Shown: one piece after another, positions 11,869 through 22,817 of the stretch
Layout of the letters: each line of letters starts with the position of its first letter
Numbering within the stretch: position 1 is the stretch's first letter
Assembly: GCA_002269645.1 (NCBI GenBank)
Contig: NIVC01004156.1
Location: 1-37,914, forward strand
Direction of reading: 5' to 3'
Origin: Macrostomum lignano
Taxonomy: Eukaryota
DNA length: 37,914 nucleotides
Translations under genes and position numbers: made by a program
The notes under the pieces: model-generated
Databases searched by the model: none
What the model was told of the DNA's origin: nothing
What the model saw: only the letters and a program-made list of their open reading frames with translations

Positions 11869-14191
11869 ATGACCAACTCCGCATCTTTAACTTGCCTGGC
11901 GGCGTTGCTGCTGCCGCTGCTGCAGCCGGCGCAACCTCAGCTGACGCTGGCGCCACCTCCGGCGAGCTTTTACTGCGACACCCCGGCCGGGATTACATCA
12001 GGCAGTCGGATTTCTATGTGCACACCAGGCCGGCTGGCTCAGACAGGTATCGGCCAGGTGACAGGTGCTCGTTTCACGCGGTGTCACAGAATCCCGGGGC
12101 GCTCTACTTTGTCCAGGTGAGTCGTGCATGTAGCGACCTCTGCCCAGTTATTAATGTGCGGTGCACCTGAAGGCTGCGTACGGCTGTTCAGTCCCAGGAC
12201 TAGGGGGGGGGGTCGCCACACACACCCTCAATTACCCCAGCTAATGCTGGCACCCATTTTACAGCTGGGTGAATTGAAGCAATGTAGAGTCAAGCGTCTT
12301 GCTCATGGACACAAATTGTTCCAGTTGGGGTTGGGAATCGAACCCCAGTCCTTTCAGTCGCGAGTCCAACGCTCCAACCACTAAGACTTGTATTAATTGT
12401 CAAATTTGAGAAATCTGTCAACAATGGAGTTCTTGGTGGAGTAGAGATGTTGGTATTTTATTTGCGTTTTCCCATTTCTTATTACTTATGAGTAGCAAGT
12501 ATCCAATTCGTGTTCTCCCCGCCCGGGCTTTGCTTCCTACCCAGATACTAAACGTCTCCATGCCGACGGCTAATCTGTCTGTCTGGTCGGAGCAGCACAA
12601 CCTGCTCACCGTTCCCATGGGCGGCTCCCCGCCTGGTCACGACATGGCCCTCACCACTTCGCGGCCAACTGTTACTGTCGCCTTTGTCGCTGCCGCCGCT
12701 GCCGACGCCTCTTCCACCACCGGTGTCGGCGTCATCCTCCGGTGCGCCAGTTCAGCGGCTGCCCGCCAGACTGGCGGCCCTACGGCGGCTACTGCTTTGG
12801 CAACGCCGGCTCGGCTGGCCCGCTTCTGAGCTTTGATGACTCGCAGACCGCCTGCGTTGCTATGCGGGCCAACCTGCTGCATCTGCCGCCTGGCCTGCCC
12901 GGCATCGAGACCATCACCGAGCTGTACAGGCAGCTGCCTGGCCAGCTGACCAAGGACAACTGGATTGGCCTGACGGACTACACCAGCGCTGGCCAGTTCT
13001 ATTATTATTGGCTAGATGGCTCGCAGTTCTATGAGTGAGCTCTATGAGAATGACTTTGGGTTGACTCAAGAGTGACTGAGGCTACTCAAGAGTAACTGAG
13101 GCTACTCAAGAGTGACTGAGGCTACTCAAGAGTAACTGAGGCTACTCAAGAGTGACTGAGGCTACTCAAGAGTAACTGAGGCTACTCAAGAGTGACTGAG
13201 GCTACTCAGGAGTGACTGAGGCTACTCAAGAGTGACTGAGGCTACTCAGGAGTGACTGAGGCTACTCAGGAGTGACTGAGGCTACTCAGGAGTGACTGAG
13301 GCTACTCAGGAGTGGCTGAGGCTACTCAGGAGTGACTGAGGCTACTCAGGAGTGACTGAGGCTACTCAGGAGTGACTGAGGCTACTCAGGAGTGACTGAG
13401 GCTACTCAGGAGTGACTGAGGCTACTCAAGAGTGACTGAGGCTACTCAGGAGTGACTGAGGCTACTCAGGAGTGACTGAGGCTACTCAAGAGTGACTGAG
13501 GCTACTCAGGAGTGACTGAGGCTACTCAGGAGTGACTGAGGCTACTCAAGAGTGACTGAGGCTACTCAGGAGTGACTGAGGCTACTAAGGAGTGACTAAA
13601 GCTAATCAAGATTAACTGAGGTTACTCAGGAGTGACTGGGGCTACTCAATATGAACTGATGCCATTCAAGAGGGACTAAAGCTACTCAAGAGTGACTGAG
13701 GCTACTCAAGAGGGATTGAGTCTACTCAATAATGACTGAAGCTACTCAAGAGTGACGCAAAAGTAACTGAGCTCACTAACTAAATCAGACTCAAAAAAGC
13801 CCCCTCCCTGCTGCTGCTGCAAGAAGGCTTGAATAATTATTTCTTAACCATCGCCAGGCCCGATCTGATTGGCTGTCAGAGCTCCCGCCTTGGCAACAAT
13901 CGCAACTGCCAGCTAGAGGAGCGCTGCGCCTTCTTCATCACGAACATACTGTACCTGTTTAGGTTCATCGTCATGGACAAGTGCAGCGCTAAGCGAAGCT
14001 ACGCCTGCTTTATGCCGGCCGGCGGTGCGGCCGAATTCTACAAGGTGCCGAAGTTCTCCATTTTCTCGTCGGGCGCTTGGGCCTGGGCCATTGTTATTGG
14101 CTGCCTGTTCGCTATCGGTGTGGCCATCGGCATTGTCTACGCCGTGCTGCGTCTGTGCCACGCCAGGCAGTCCAAGGCGGCGGACGTCTAG
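11869..14191 (+). CDS. Type I membrane protein: signal peptide, divergent CUB domain, C-type lectin-like domain, TM helix, short tail (paralog 2)
   Basis: Exons 11869-12116, 12545-13034 and 13858-14191. Aligns to paralog 1 (FYCD, YRPGDRCSF, CPPDW..YGGYC, ACVAMRANLL, WIGLTD, YYWLD, IGC..ERC) and shares the phase-2 intron after WLDxxxFxE. TM AWAWAIVIGCLFAIGVAIGIVYAVL. Single-base frameshifts at about 11989 and 12740. Confidence 0.8.
12150..12385 (-). mobile_element. tRNA-derived SINE, antisense, in intron 1 of receptor paralog 2
   Basis: Minus strand reads CTTAGTGGTTGGAGCGTTGG (A box), then GGGGTTCGATTCCC (B box, 12333-12346), then TTGTGTCCATGAGCAAGACGCTTGACTCT...CAGCTGTAAAATGGG, which resembles CORE/V-type central SINE domains. 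The 3' boundary is uncertain and no TSD was identified. Confidence 0.7.
13062..13755. repeat. 20-bp intronic minisatellite, about 34 copies
   Basis: Unit GAGTGACTGAGGCTACTCA(G/A) in intron 13035-13857. Confidence 0.96.
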
Positions 14192-14312
14192 CTGTCACTG
14201 GAGAGCCGCGAATCTAACATAAAATGACTCGTTTTTTATCAGGAAATTCCAAATCGATTTCTGAGAAAATCAACCCTACATAAATCCTAGCATAAAATAT
14301 ATTTTAATCCCC

Positions 14313-14790
14313 ACAGATTTCTAGGAAAATCCCAGCAGATTTCTAGGAAAATCCCAGCAGATTTCTAGGAAAATCCCAGCATATTTCTAAGAAAGTCCCT
14401 TCAGATTTCTAGGAAAATCCCAGCAGATTTCTGGGAAATCCCAGCAGATTTCTGGGAAAATCCCAACAGATTTCTAGGAAAATCACATCAGATTTCTAGA
14501 AATATTTCAGCATATTTCTAAGAAAGTCCCATCAGATTTCTAGAAATATTTCAGCATATTTCTAAGAAAGTCCCATCATATTTCTAGAAATATTTCAGCA
14601 TATTTCTAAGAAAGTCCCATCAGATTTCTAGGAATTTCTAGAAACATTTCAGCGTATTTCTACGAAAGTTTCAGCAGATTTTTAGGAAATCCCAGCAGTT
14701 TTCAAGAAAAAATTTGCAGATTTCTACGAAAGCCCCAGCTGATTTCTTGGTGAATCCCAGCATATTTTCAGGAAAATCCCACCAGAGTTC
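14313..14790. repeat. Degenerate ~22-bp minisatellite, intergenic
   Basis: Unit CAGATTTCTAGGAAAATCCCAG and variants. Confidence 0.9.
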
Positions 14791-15070
14791 TTTCAAAATA
14801 CAGTTTGGTGATCGCAACAATTCCATCTTAGCAGTCTCTGCAAAAATTGCAACACACAAATCGCTGCAGATTCTTAAAACTTAAATTCTTAAATTGAATC
14901 GGTTTTTCATAGAACTATTCTCCTGATTTTTTTAACTGTTGTTCGTACTCTGTGTACTTTTAATCTACTCTGCAATGAACTTTTTGAGCCTTATAATTTC
15001 ACGATTTTAAAGATTGCTCTTATTTATTCCAATTCATCTATAAGCGTCTATAAGGATAGTGGCAGCGTTA

Positions 15071-15250
15071 GTTGCTAGGCAGTTTCAGGTGTTGCTAGGC
15101 AGAGATTTCAGGTGTTGTTGCTAGGCAGAGATTTCAGGTGTTGTTGCTAGGCAGGGATTTAGGGTGTTGCTAGGCTGGGTTTCAGGTGTTGCTAGGCTGG
15201 GATTTCAGGTGTTGCTAGGCAGGAATTTCAGGTGTTGTTGCTAGGCAGGG
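15071..15250. repeat. 20-26-bp minisatellite, 8 copies, upstream of the zinc-finger gene
   Basis: GTTGCTAGGC starts at 15071, 15091, 15117, 15143, 15166, 15188, 15211 and 15237, mostly linked by ATTTCAGGT. Confidence 0.93.
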
Positions 15251-15382
15251 ATCTCAGCCAATCGCATTCACCGCGAATTCCACCCATTGCCAAACCTTGC
15301 TGCTGAAATCGCTGAAATCGCAGCAGCAGCCAATCCAGTCCGGTTAGCAACAGTTCGCACCAGCAAAAGCATCCCGGCAGTC

Positions 15383-16255
15383 ATGGCCACCGACCACCAG
15401 TTCCAGCGCCAGCCGCCTCCGCCGGCCCTCGCCAGTCGATTTCTGGCCTCGATTCTGTCGGCCGCTCCCGGTGACCCTGCTGAGCTGAGCACGCCAGAGG
15501 CGGTGTCCAACTCGTCAAGCGGCGACACCTGCCGACAGCAGCAGCAACTTCTGCAACAGCAGCAACAACAACAGCAACAGCAGCAGCAACTGCTGGCCAA
15601 GCAGCCGGAGCAGCAGGAGTGGTCCAGGCGCATCTCGGCCGGCCTCTGTCCGCACTGCGACGCCCCGGCTGCCACGGACGAGCAGCGCGACTTTCACGAG
15701 CGGGTGCACGCCATGGACGAGCTGTACCGCTGCCAGCTGTGCGCCGCCCGCTTCGCCTACGCCTCCTCATTAGAGATGCACGTGGCCATGCACACGGACC
15801 CCGACCTGCACTACCGCCTGCACTGCACCCGGGCCAAGCCCAACACTCAGCATCATTTCGCTTCTCCGCCGCCGCCTAAGAAGCTCTACCTCAGCACATT
15901 CCTTGGCAACAGCGGCGGCGGCGGTGGTGGCAGCGGCGTGTCTTCCGCCCAGCAGCTGCTTCCGCCGCAGCTTCAACATCATCATCAGCAGCAGCAGCAG
16001 CTGGGCTGCGTGACAGCCAATCAGCCGCCGGTGTCCATGCACACCTCCCTGATGCCCGGCGCTGCGTACGGGCTGGCCTCGGCGCTGGATGACTCGGCGC
16101 TGCACCGCCAGATGCAGCAGCTGCAGCAGCCGGGCCAGCCGAGTCAGCAGCAGCAGCTGCAGGCGCACAGGCAGCACAGGTGTCCTCACTGCGGCAAGTC
16201 CTATGTCCGGCTCGGCAACTTGCGCAACCACCTGCAGCGGTCGCATCAGGCCTGA
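15383..16255 (+). CDS. C2H2 zinc-finger protein with polyQ/polyG tracts, about 290 aa, single coding exon
   Basis: Intact ORF from ATG 15383. Three fingers: CPHCDAPAATDEQRDFHERVH, YRCQLCAARFAYASSLEMHVAMH and HRCPHCGKSYVRLGNLRNHLQRSH. GC-rich codon usage like the neighbouring genes. The frame stays open upstream, so the start is not certain. Confidence 0.85.
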   Translation: MATDHQFQRQPPPPALASRFLASILSAAPGDPAELSTPEAVSNSSSGDTCRQQQQLLQQQQQQQQQQQQLLAKQPEQQEWSRRISAGLCPHCDAPAATDEQRDFHERVHAMDELYRCQLCAARFAYASSLEMHVAMHTDPDLHYRLHCTRAKPNTQHHFASPPPPKKLYLSTFLGNSGGGGGGSGVSSAQQLLPPQLQHHHQQQQQLGCVTANQPPVSMHTSLMPGAAYGLASALDDSALHRQMQQLQQPGQPSQQQQLQAHRQHRCPHCGKSYVRLGNLRNHLQRSHQA

Positions 16256-18023
16256 GCTGGCTGGCTCTAATCTTATCTGTCTGGCGCTTTCACAACACAA
16301 CAGACTGCAACACAGCTGAGTAAAGAGCGGCTGCTTTAGCTGGACAGAGAATTAACAAGCAGAGTTTCATATTTTTGCCCGAAGAAGAAGAAAAAAAGCA
16401 ATTTTCAAACATTTTCAAGTTAACAAAATGAAAAAACACACAAATTTATTTATTTATATAAGAGCGAGGCGTCGGTCCCTCCAACCATTTTGTTGTTGCA
16501 ATGTTTCTGTCTCTTTCTGTTAATTTAATTTTGTGCATTGATTTTTTTCAAATTTCTGCTTATTTGTTAGTTTGTTTTACTTGCTTATAATGCCCCTAAT
16601 TTGTACTCTCGATCTGCAAGGTTTCTTTGATTTAATCGCCGTGTTGCGCCGGCCGTCAGCTGCGCACCGATCCATTATAATAGTATTATTTACTATATAT
16701 AATAATATTAGATTCATTATGCAGGTATGCTCATGTCGTAGGTTATTAGATTAGTTCTCACCGTGCTTGCTGTCCTCTCCATTGTTTGCTTCATATTGTT
16801 ACACTACTTACTTGTGTGCTGTCTGCCGCCTGTGTACTCGAGCTGATTGATAATATTTGAATATTTAATAATCAAATTAAATATGCGAAAGAATGCAAGA
16901 CACGGGCGCTTTTCACTTCTCGAACAGCGCGTCCTGGCTCTGTGCCCCCGGCCCTCTACATATTCAACCGTGAACTTTTAGTCTTTCCTGTCTCTCTGCT
17001 TATATTTATAATTGATTTATCTGCTATTAAAGTTTTTTACAGAACACTTGTGTTCGCTATAGGAATATCCTAGCAACCGGCCCAGATCTATCGGCCTTAC
17101 GCAATGCCCCCCCCGCACTGTTCGTGTATCTCCAGTGTTCCCTGGCTGTACATTTTTGCACTCGGATGTCTGGCAGTTAAGAAACATTCTCAAAAAAATC
17201 TGCTTTATTACATAATTTGTTATAACTGATTTTGGTCAATTCGGCCGCCTACAAAATATAGTTTATAATAACTGGTATTGCTGCTTTAATTGTCCCGAAT
17301 CCTGCATACGGACGTACCATATCTACGTGCATGCATAGGTCACCTGTAAGTCTGCCATGCCCCAGCTAACTGTTGCTTATTTATCAACCGCAATGACACA
17401 ACACTAACCACACCTCTGTAATGAGTACACAGATCAAGTCACATTCTCTCTGTGCTACTGTGGCCCGTGTGTCCCTATTACCTGTTGGATTCAATTTCTG
17501 ATGGCTCCCATTGATTTCTGTTGTTGAATTTCAGACAGCAGAGACTGGGTGCCTTGTCTTGCTTGTTTCATGCTTTCGCATAGTCATTTGCTGAATTTGT
17601 AAGCCTAATCTCCAAAGCCGCGCCCCTGTTAATCCCAGATCTGCATCATATTCGCTTATGTTGATGTTGCAATTCATCTCCCATAAATACCCCCGACAGT
17701 TCTGTCCGTTCGGTAAGGACTCTGCATGTATTTGAGTTCGCAGATCCTTGATTCATCTTATGTATAACTTAAAGCAAAGCTTTTTTGTCTGCATGTGTAG
17801 GGTGTGAGCTCGTATCTAATGTGTTTGTGTGATAATTTCCCAAATTTGTTAAAGTTTAGCGTCGATCGAACTAAGTTTCTGAAGTTTTTTTCTGTTCAAT
17901 TTCCCAATGTAATTTTTCCATGCATTACAATCAAATGGAAAATACATACGTCTTTATATGCATAACAAAATCGATGGCATGGTTGATTTGTTCTTTTGAA
18001 TATTTACTAATACATACAAATTC

Positions 18024-19440
18024 ATCAGCCACCACCCCATCCACCGCCTGCCCTAATGTACACATCAGCCACCACCCCATCCACCGCCTGCCCTAATGTA
18101 CACATCAGCCACCACCCCATTTACCGCCTGTCCTAATATACGCATCAGCCACCACCCCATTTACCGCCTGTCCTAATATACGCATCAGCCACCACCCCAT
18201 CTATCGCCTGCCCTAATATACGCATCAGCCACCACCCCATCTACCGCCTGCCCTAATGTACACATCAGCCACCACCCCATCCACCGCCTGCCCTAATGTA
18301 CACATCAGCCACCACCCCATCCACCGCCTGCCCTAATGTACACATCAGCCACCACCCCATTTACCGCCTGTCCTAATATACGCATCAGCCACCACCCCAT
18401 TTACCGCCTGTCCTAATATACGCATCAGCCACCACCCCATCTATCGCCTGCCCTAATATACGCATCAGCCACCACCCCATCTACCGCCTGCCCTAATGTA
18501 CACATCAGCCACCACCCCATCCACCGCCTGCCCTAATGTACACATCAGCCACCACCCCATCCACCGCCTGCCCTAATGTACACATCAGCCACCACCCCAT
18601 TTACCGCCTGTCCTAATATACGCATCAGCCACCACCCCATTTACCGCCTGTCCTAATATACGCATCAGCCACCACCCCATCTATCGCCTGCCCTAATATA
18701 CGCATCAGCCACCACCCCATCTACCGCCTGCCCTAATGTACACATCAGCCACCACCCCATCCACCGCCTGCCCTAATGTACACATCAGCCACCACCCCAT
18801 CCACCGCCTGCCCTAATGTACACATCAGCCACCACCCCATTTACCGCCTGTCCTAATATACGCATCAGCCACCACCCCATTTACCGCCTGTCCTAATATA
18901 CGCATCAGCCACCACCCCATCTATCGCCTGCCCTAATATACGCATCAGCCACCACCCCATCTACCGCCTGCCCTAATGTACACATCAGCCACCACCCCAT
19001 CCACCGCCTGCCCTAATGTACACATCAGCCACCACCCCATCCACCGCCTGCCCTAATGTACACATCAGCCACCACCCCATTTACCGCCTGTCCTAATATA
19101 CGCATCAGCCACCACCCCATCTATCGCCTGCCCTAATATACGCATCAGCCACCACCCCATCTACCGCCTGCCCTAATGTACACATCAGCCACCACCCCAT
19201 TTACCGCCTGCCCTAATGTACACATCAGCCACCACCCCATCTACCGCCTGTCCTAATTTGCGCATCAGCCACCACCCCATCTATCGCCTGCCCCAATGTA
19301 CACATCAGCCACCACCCCATCTATCGCCTGCCCCAATGTACACATCAGCCACTACCCCATCTATCGCCTGCCCCAATGTACACATCAGCCACTACCCCAT
19401 CTACCGCCTGCCGGAATTTACGCATCAGCCACCACCCCAT
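18024..19440. repeat. 40-bp minisatellite, about 35 copies, with a 240-bp higher-order period
   Basis: Unit CCCTAATGTACACATCAGCCACCACCCCATCCACCGCCTG. The lines starting at 18061, 18301, 18541, 18781 and 19021 are identical. Confidence 0.97.
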
Positions 19441-19452
19441 CCGCTGCCTAAA

Positions 19453-19471
19453 CTAATTTTATTTTATAAAG
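19453..19471 (+). promoter_or_regulatory. 3' splice acceptor (candidate trans-splice site) at the TMX2 5' end
   Basis: Branch-point-like CTAAT (19453-19457), T-rich tract TTTATTTTAT, then AAAG ending at 19471. The next base starts the TMX2 frame. Confidence 0.65.
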
Positions 19472-20601
19472 CTCAAAGCTTCTGCATTGCTAACAATATT
19501 CTTGGCGCTGCCAAGCCTGAGATCTCTGGTCAGCCAGTCCGCTGTGGACCAGGCCCTGACCCTGATGCATCCCTACTTCCTGGTCAACTTCCTAATGGCT
19601 GGCGCTTTCATCATAACCAAAACGCTGCCTCCGGTATGCGACTTTCTGTTCGATAACTGCCTGCTCGAGCTGCGCCAGTGGGAGATCTTCACCTTTCTTG
19701 GCTGCGTTATTGTCTTTAAAAACAAGCGCCAGCCCACGGTGGCCAGCTATCTCACCAACTTCTGTATGTACGCCAAGATGTCCAATATGGTGATGTTCTT
19801 CCAGGAGAACCCGGTTTACGCTGTCGCTTATGCCATCGTCTGGCTTGTGCAGGTAAGTGTTTAATCTCTTTGAGACAGGCAGAAAGACAGAGACAGACAC
19901 TAAGGCAGACACTAAGACAGACAGACAAACACTAAGGCTGACAGACAGACAGAAAGGCTGACAGACAGACAGAAAGACAGACACTAAGACAGACAGACAG
20001 ACATACAGACAGACACTAAGGCAGACAGACAGACAGACACTAAGACAGAAAGACAGACAGACAGACGCTAAGGCAGACAGACAGACAGGCTGCGAGTCAA
20101 CTGCCCATCCCCTGCTTCTCGGATTCTCAGGCTTCGCTCCTTCGCCAGCCGGTGTACCGCGGCCCCGACACCATCGTGTATTTCAACGACAAAACCCTTG
20201 AGGAGGAGCTGAAATCCTGCGACCCCCGGGTCTACTGGCTGATTGAGTTCTACGCCGTGTGGTCGCCGCCGTGCGCCGACCTCGCCCCGGTGTTCGCCCG
20301 CCTGTCAAATGACTACGGGCTGGACAATCTGCGCTTTGGCAAACTGGACGTCACCAAGTACCCGAAAGTGGCTGAAAAGTACGGCATCGACCAGAGCGGC
20401 TGGAGCCGCCAGCTGCCCACCGTGGCGCTGTTCAAAGCCAACAAGGAGGTGGACAGGCGGCCGCTTGTGGGCGCCAAGAAGCGCGTGGCCAGGTTCGTGT
20501 TCAGCTACGACAATCTCGTGTCGGCCTTCGGGCTGGCCGAGCTGTATAACGAGTGCACAAAGAACCCGCTGCGACCCGGGGCCGCTAAGAAGACCGACTG
20601 A
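19472..20601 (+). CDS. TMX2: Thioredoxin-related transmembrane protein 2. No ATG at the expected N-terminus; first genomic ATG is at 19565.
   Basis: Exons 19472-19852 (donor GTAAGT) and 20131-20601. Motifs match TMX2: [71 protein letters not shown] (SxxC site), [24 protein letters not shown]-terminal KKTD is a KKxx ER-retrieval signal. Confidence 0.93.
19872..20088. repeat. (CAGA)n / AGACACTAAG microsatellite in the TMX2 intron
   Basis: Same motif family as 8383-8960. Confidence 0.93.
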
Positions 20602-20885
20602 AGACTCAACTAGTTGCTATGGCCTTCAACCTGGCGATTGAGCTGGAGCTGTGCCAGGATTCTGTTAGCAAAATAATTTGCGCATTTCATTAATTCTCTT
20701 AGCCTTTTTATCTGCTGTGCATTCAGCGAGACTCAAACTGCTTGAATCAGTTGGATGAGTTCATAAAATTATTAAGAATTTATCCTCCGCCTTAGGTTTT
20801 GCCTCGCTTCTGCCACCTTTTTGCGTCTGACTTAGCACCAGTCAATTAAAACTAGCTTGCATAGCATAGTCTGTGCAATTTCTAA

Positions 20886-21612
20886 CTCCCAGATCCTCAG
20901 TTGCTGGGTCACTGCCAGCCTCCCAGATCCTCAGTTGCTGGGACACTGCCAGCCTTCCAGATCCTCAGTTGCTGGGCCACCACCAGCCTCCCAGATCCTC
21001 AGTTGCTGGGCCACTGCCAGCCTCCCAAATCCTCAGTTGCTGGGCCACCACCAGCCTCCCAGATCCTCAGTTGCTGGGCCACTGCCAGCCTCCCAAATCC
21101 TCAGTTGCTGGGCCACCACCAGCCTCCCAGATCCTCACTTTCTGGGCCATTGCCAGCTTCTTGCATCCTCAGTTGCTGGGCCACCGCCAGCCTCCCAAAT
21201 CCTCAGTTGCTGGGCCACCACCAGCCTCCCAGATCCTCACTTTCTGGGCCATTGCCAGCTTCTTGCATCCTCAGTTGCTGGGCCAACATCTCAGACCATC
21301 AGTTGCTGGGCCAACATCTCAGACCCTCAGTTGCTGGGCCAACATCTCAGACCCTCAGTTGCTGGGCCAACATCTCAGACCCTCAGTTGCTGGGCCATTG
21401 CTAGCTTCTTGCATCCTCAGTTGCTGGGCCATTGCGAGCCTCCCAGATCCTCAGTTGCTGGGCCACCGCCAGCCTTCCAAATCCTCAGTTGCTGGGCCAC
21501 CACCAGCCTCCCAGATCCTCACTTTCTGGGCCATTGCCAGCTTCTTGCATCCTCAGTTGCTGGGCCATTGCCAGCCTCCCAAATCCTCAGTTTGCTGGGC
21601 CACTGCCAGCCT
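20886..21612. repeat. Composite 26-35-bp minisatellite downstream of TMX2
   Basis: Core ATCCTCAGTTGCTGGGCCA with variable linkers (CCAGCCTCCCAG, TTGCCAGCTTCTTGC, ACATCTCAGACC). Confidence 0.93.
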
Positions 21613-22817
21613 TCAGACCAACTAGCTGATTTACCGCACTGCGATATTGCAGTCTTACTGCCTAATGGCAGATAGAGTTATGATTCTGTGCCGCAAGCAG
21701 TACGTGTACATTAGATACATTAGACTAAACGCCATGCATGCTACTCGTAGTTCAAGTGAGCAGCTGATTCTGACTCGAATTGACAGCATTCTAATCAATA
21801 CTTAGTAGGATTTCTAACCCATCTACCGCTTAGAAGTTTATTAACGCAATATGCTAAACTATGATTTATTATAAATCACAGTCGCCTCATTTGGACAATC
21901 CTCGTGTGCGTGAGAATGCAATTAGTCCTTACTGTATGCGAATCTGTACTACCTGTAGTCAGTGGATAGTATTGTTGTTAGTATTGCTCAACAATGCCTT
22001 CTGTTAGTTGTTTTGACCAATCTTTGTTAGCGAATTGTCAATCCTTGTGCAGCCGCTGCTTGTTGGAATTGTCATTTTTTACCATTCTGATTTTCGGCCA
22101 CTCCCGCTGTCCAAGTGGCTAAGTTAAATTAATAAAACAAAATAAAATAGCTTTGGATTTTTTATTGCAATTTCACTGCGTTATTTTGTGTGCTAATTAT
22201 AATTATCCGATGTGATAAGATAAGACCTGAGGGAGAGAGATAAGATTAGATAGCACAAAAGAAGCCGCCATAAAATGCGTCTAAATCAATTGCAAGGCTT
22301 GGCTCTTAGACTAGCAGCAATTAGTTCTATAGAATTATCGACTAGGAATTATTCTCAACGTGCTGTGAAACTTGGGCGTCAAAAGAGTCAATGTGCAGCT
22401 TAGGACTGTCGTCTAGGCGTGTTGCGCAATCTTTAAAAGGTGAAAGTCCATGTACTTTACAAGCACGAAGCTTCTTGTCAGAAAGAATTCGGTGTATTAA
22501 TGTACTTTTATTGTATTTGAGCTGCAGTATCTAGGGAAGTATTTATGAGCAAGAAGCAGCATTTAGATTTGATAAAAATAAACTGATCATCCAGACCCGA
22601 AATATTTCAAAAAGTCGACTTTGTGATTGATTTAGGAGTGTTAATTTCTGGATCTCTTGACATCAGTAGCTAGGAGGAGAAAAACCCGGCGCCACTCCTA
22701 GAGTTACTCTTAAGGAGGTAGGAGTCTCCTGACTCTTGACTCCTCATCTTAGTTTCCTAGCACAGGCTCTCGGTTTCAAGTCCAAGTTAAACGCAGGAAT
22801 TCCATAGTCTAGGCCTG

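Noticed and set aside
9831-11876. 250-330-aa ORFs in several frames
   Set aside because: Products of 30/32- and 33-bp arrays whose units lack stops; no non-repetitive domain.
12330-12385. tRNA gene on the minus strand
   Set aside because: A and B boxes are present, but I could not fold an acceptor stem, and the sequence continues into a SINE-like body.
17480-17745. Short minus-strand open stretch (...GYLWEMNCNINISEYDADLGLTGARLWRLG...)
   Set aside because: Bounded by stops with no recognisable motif; a degenerate TE remnant cannot be excluded without tBLASTx.
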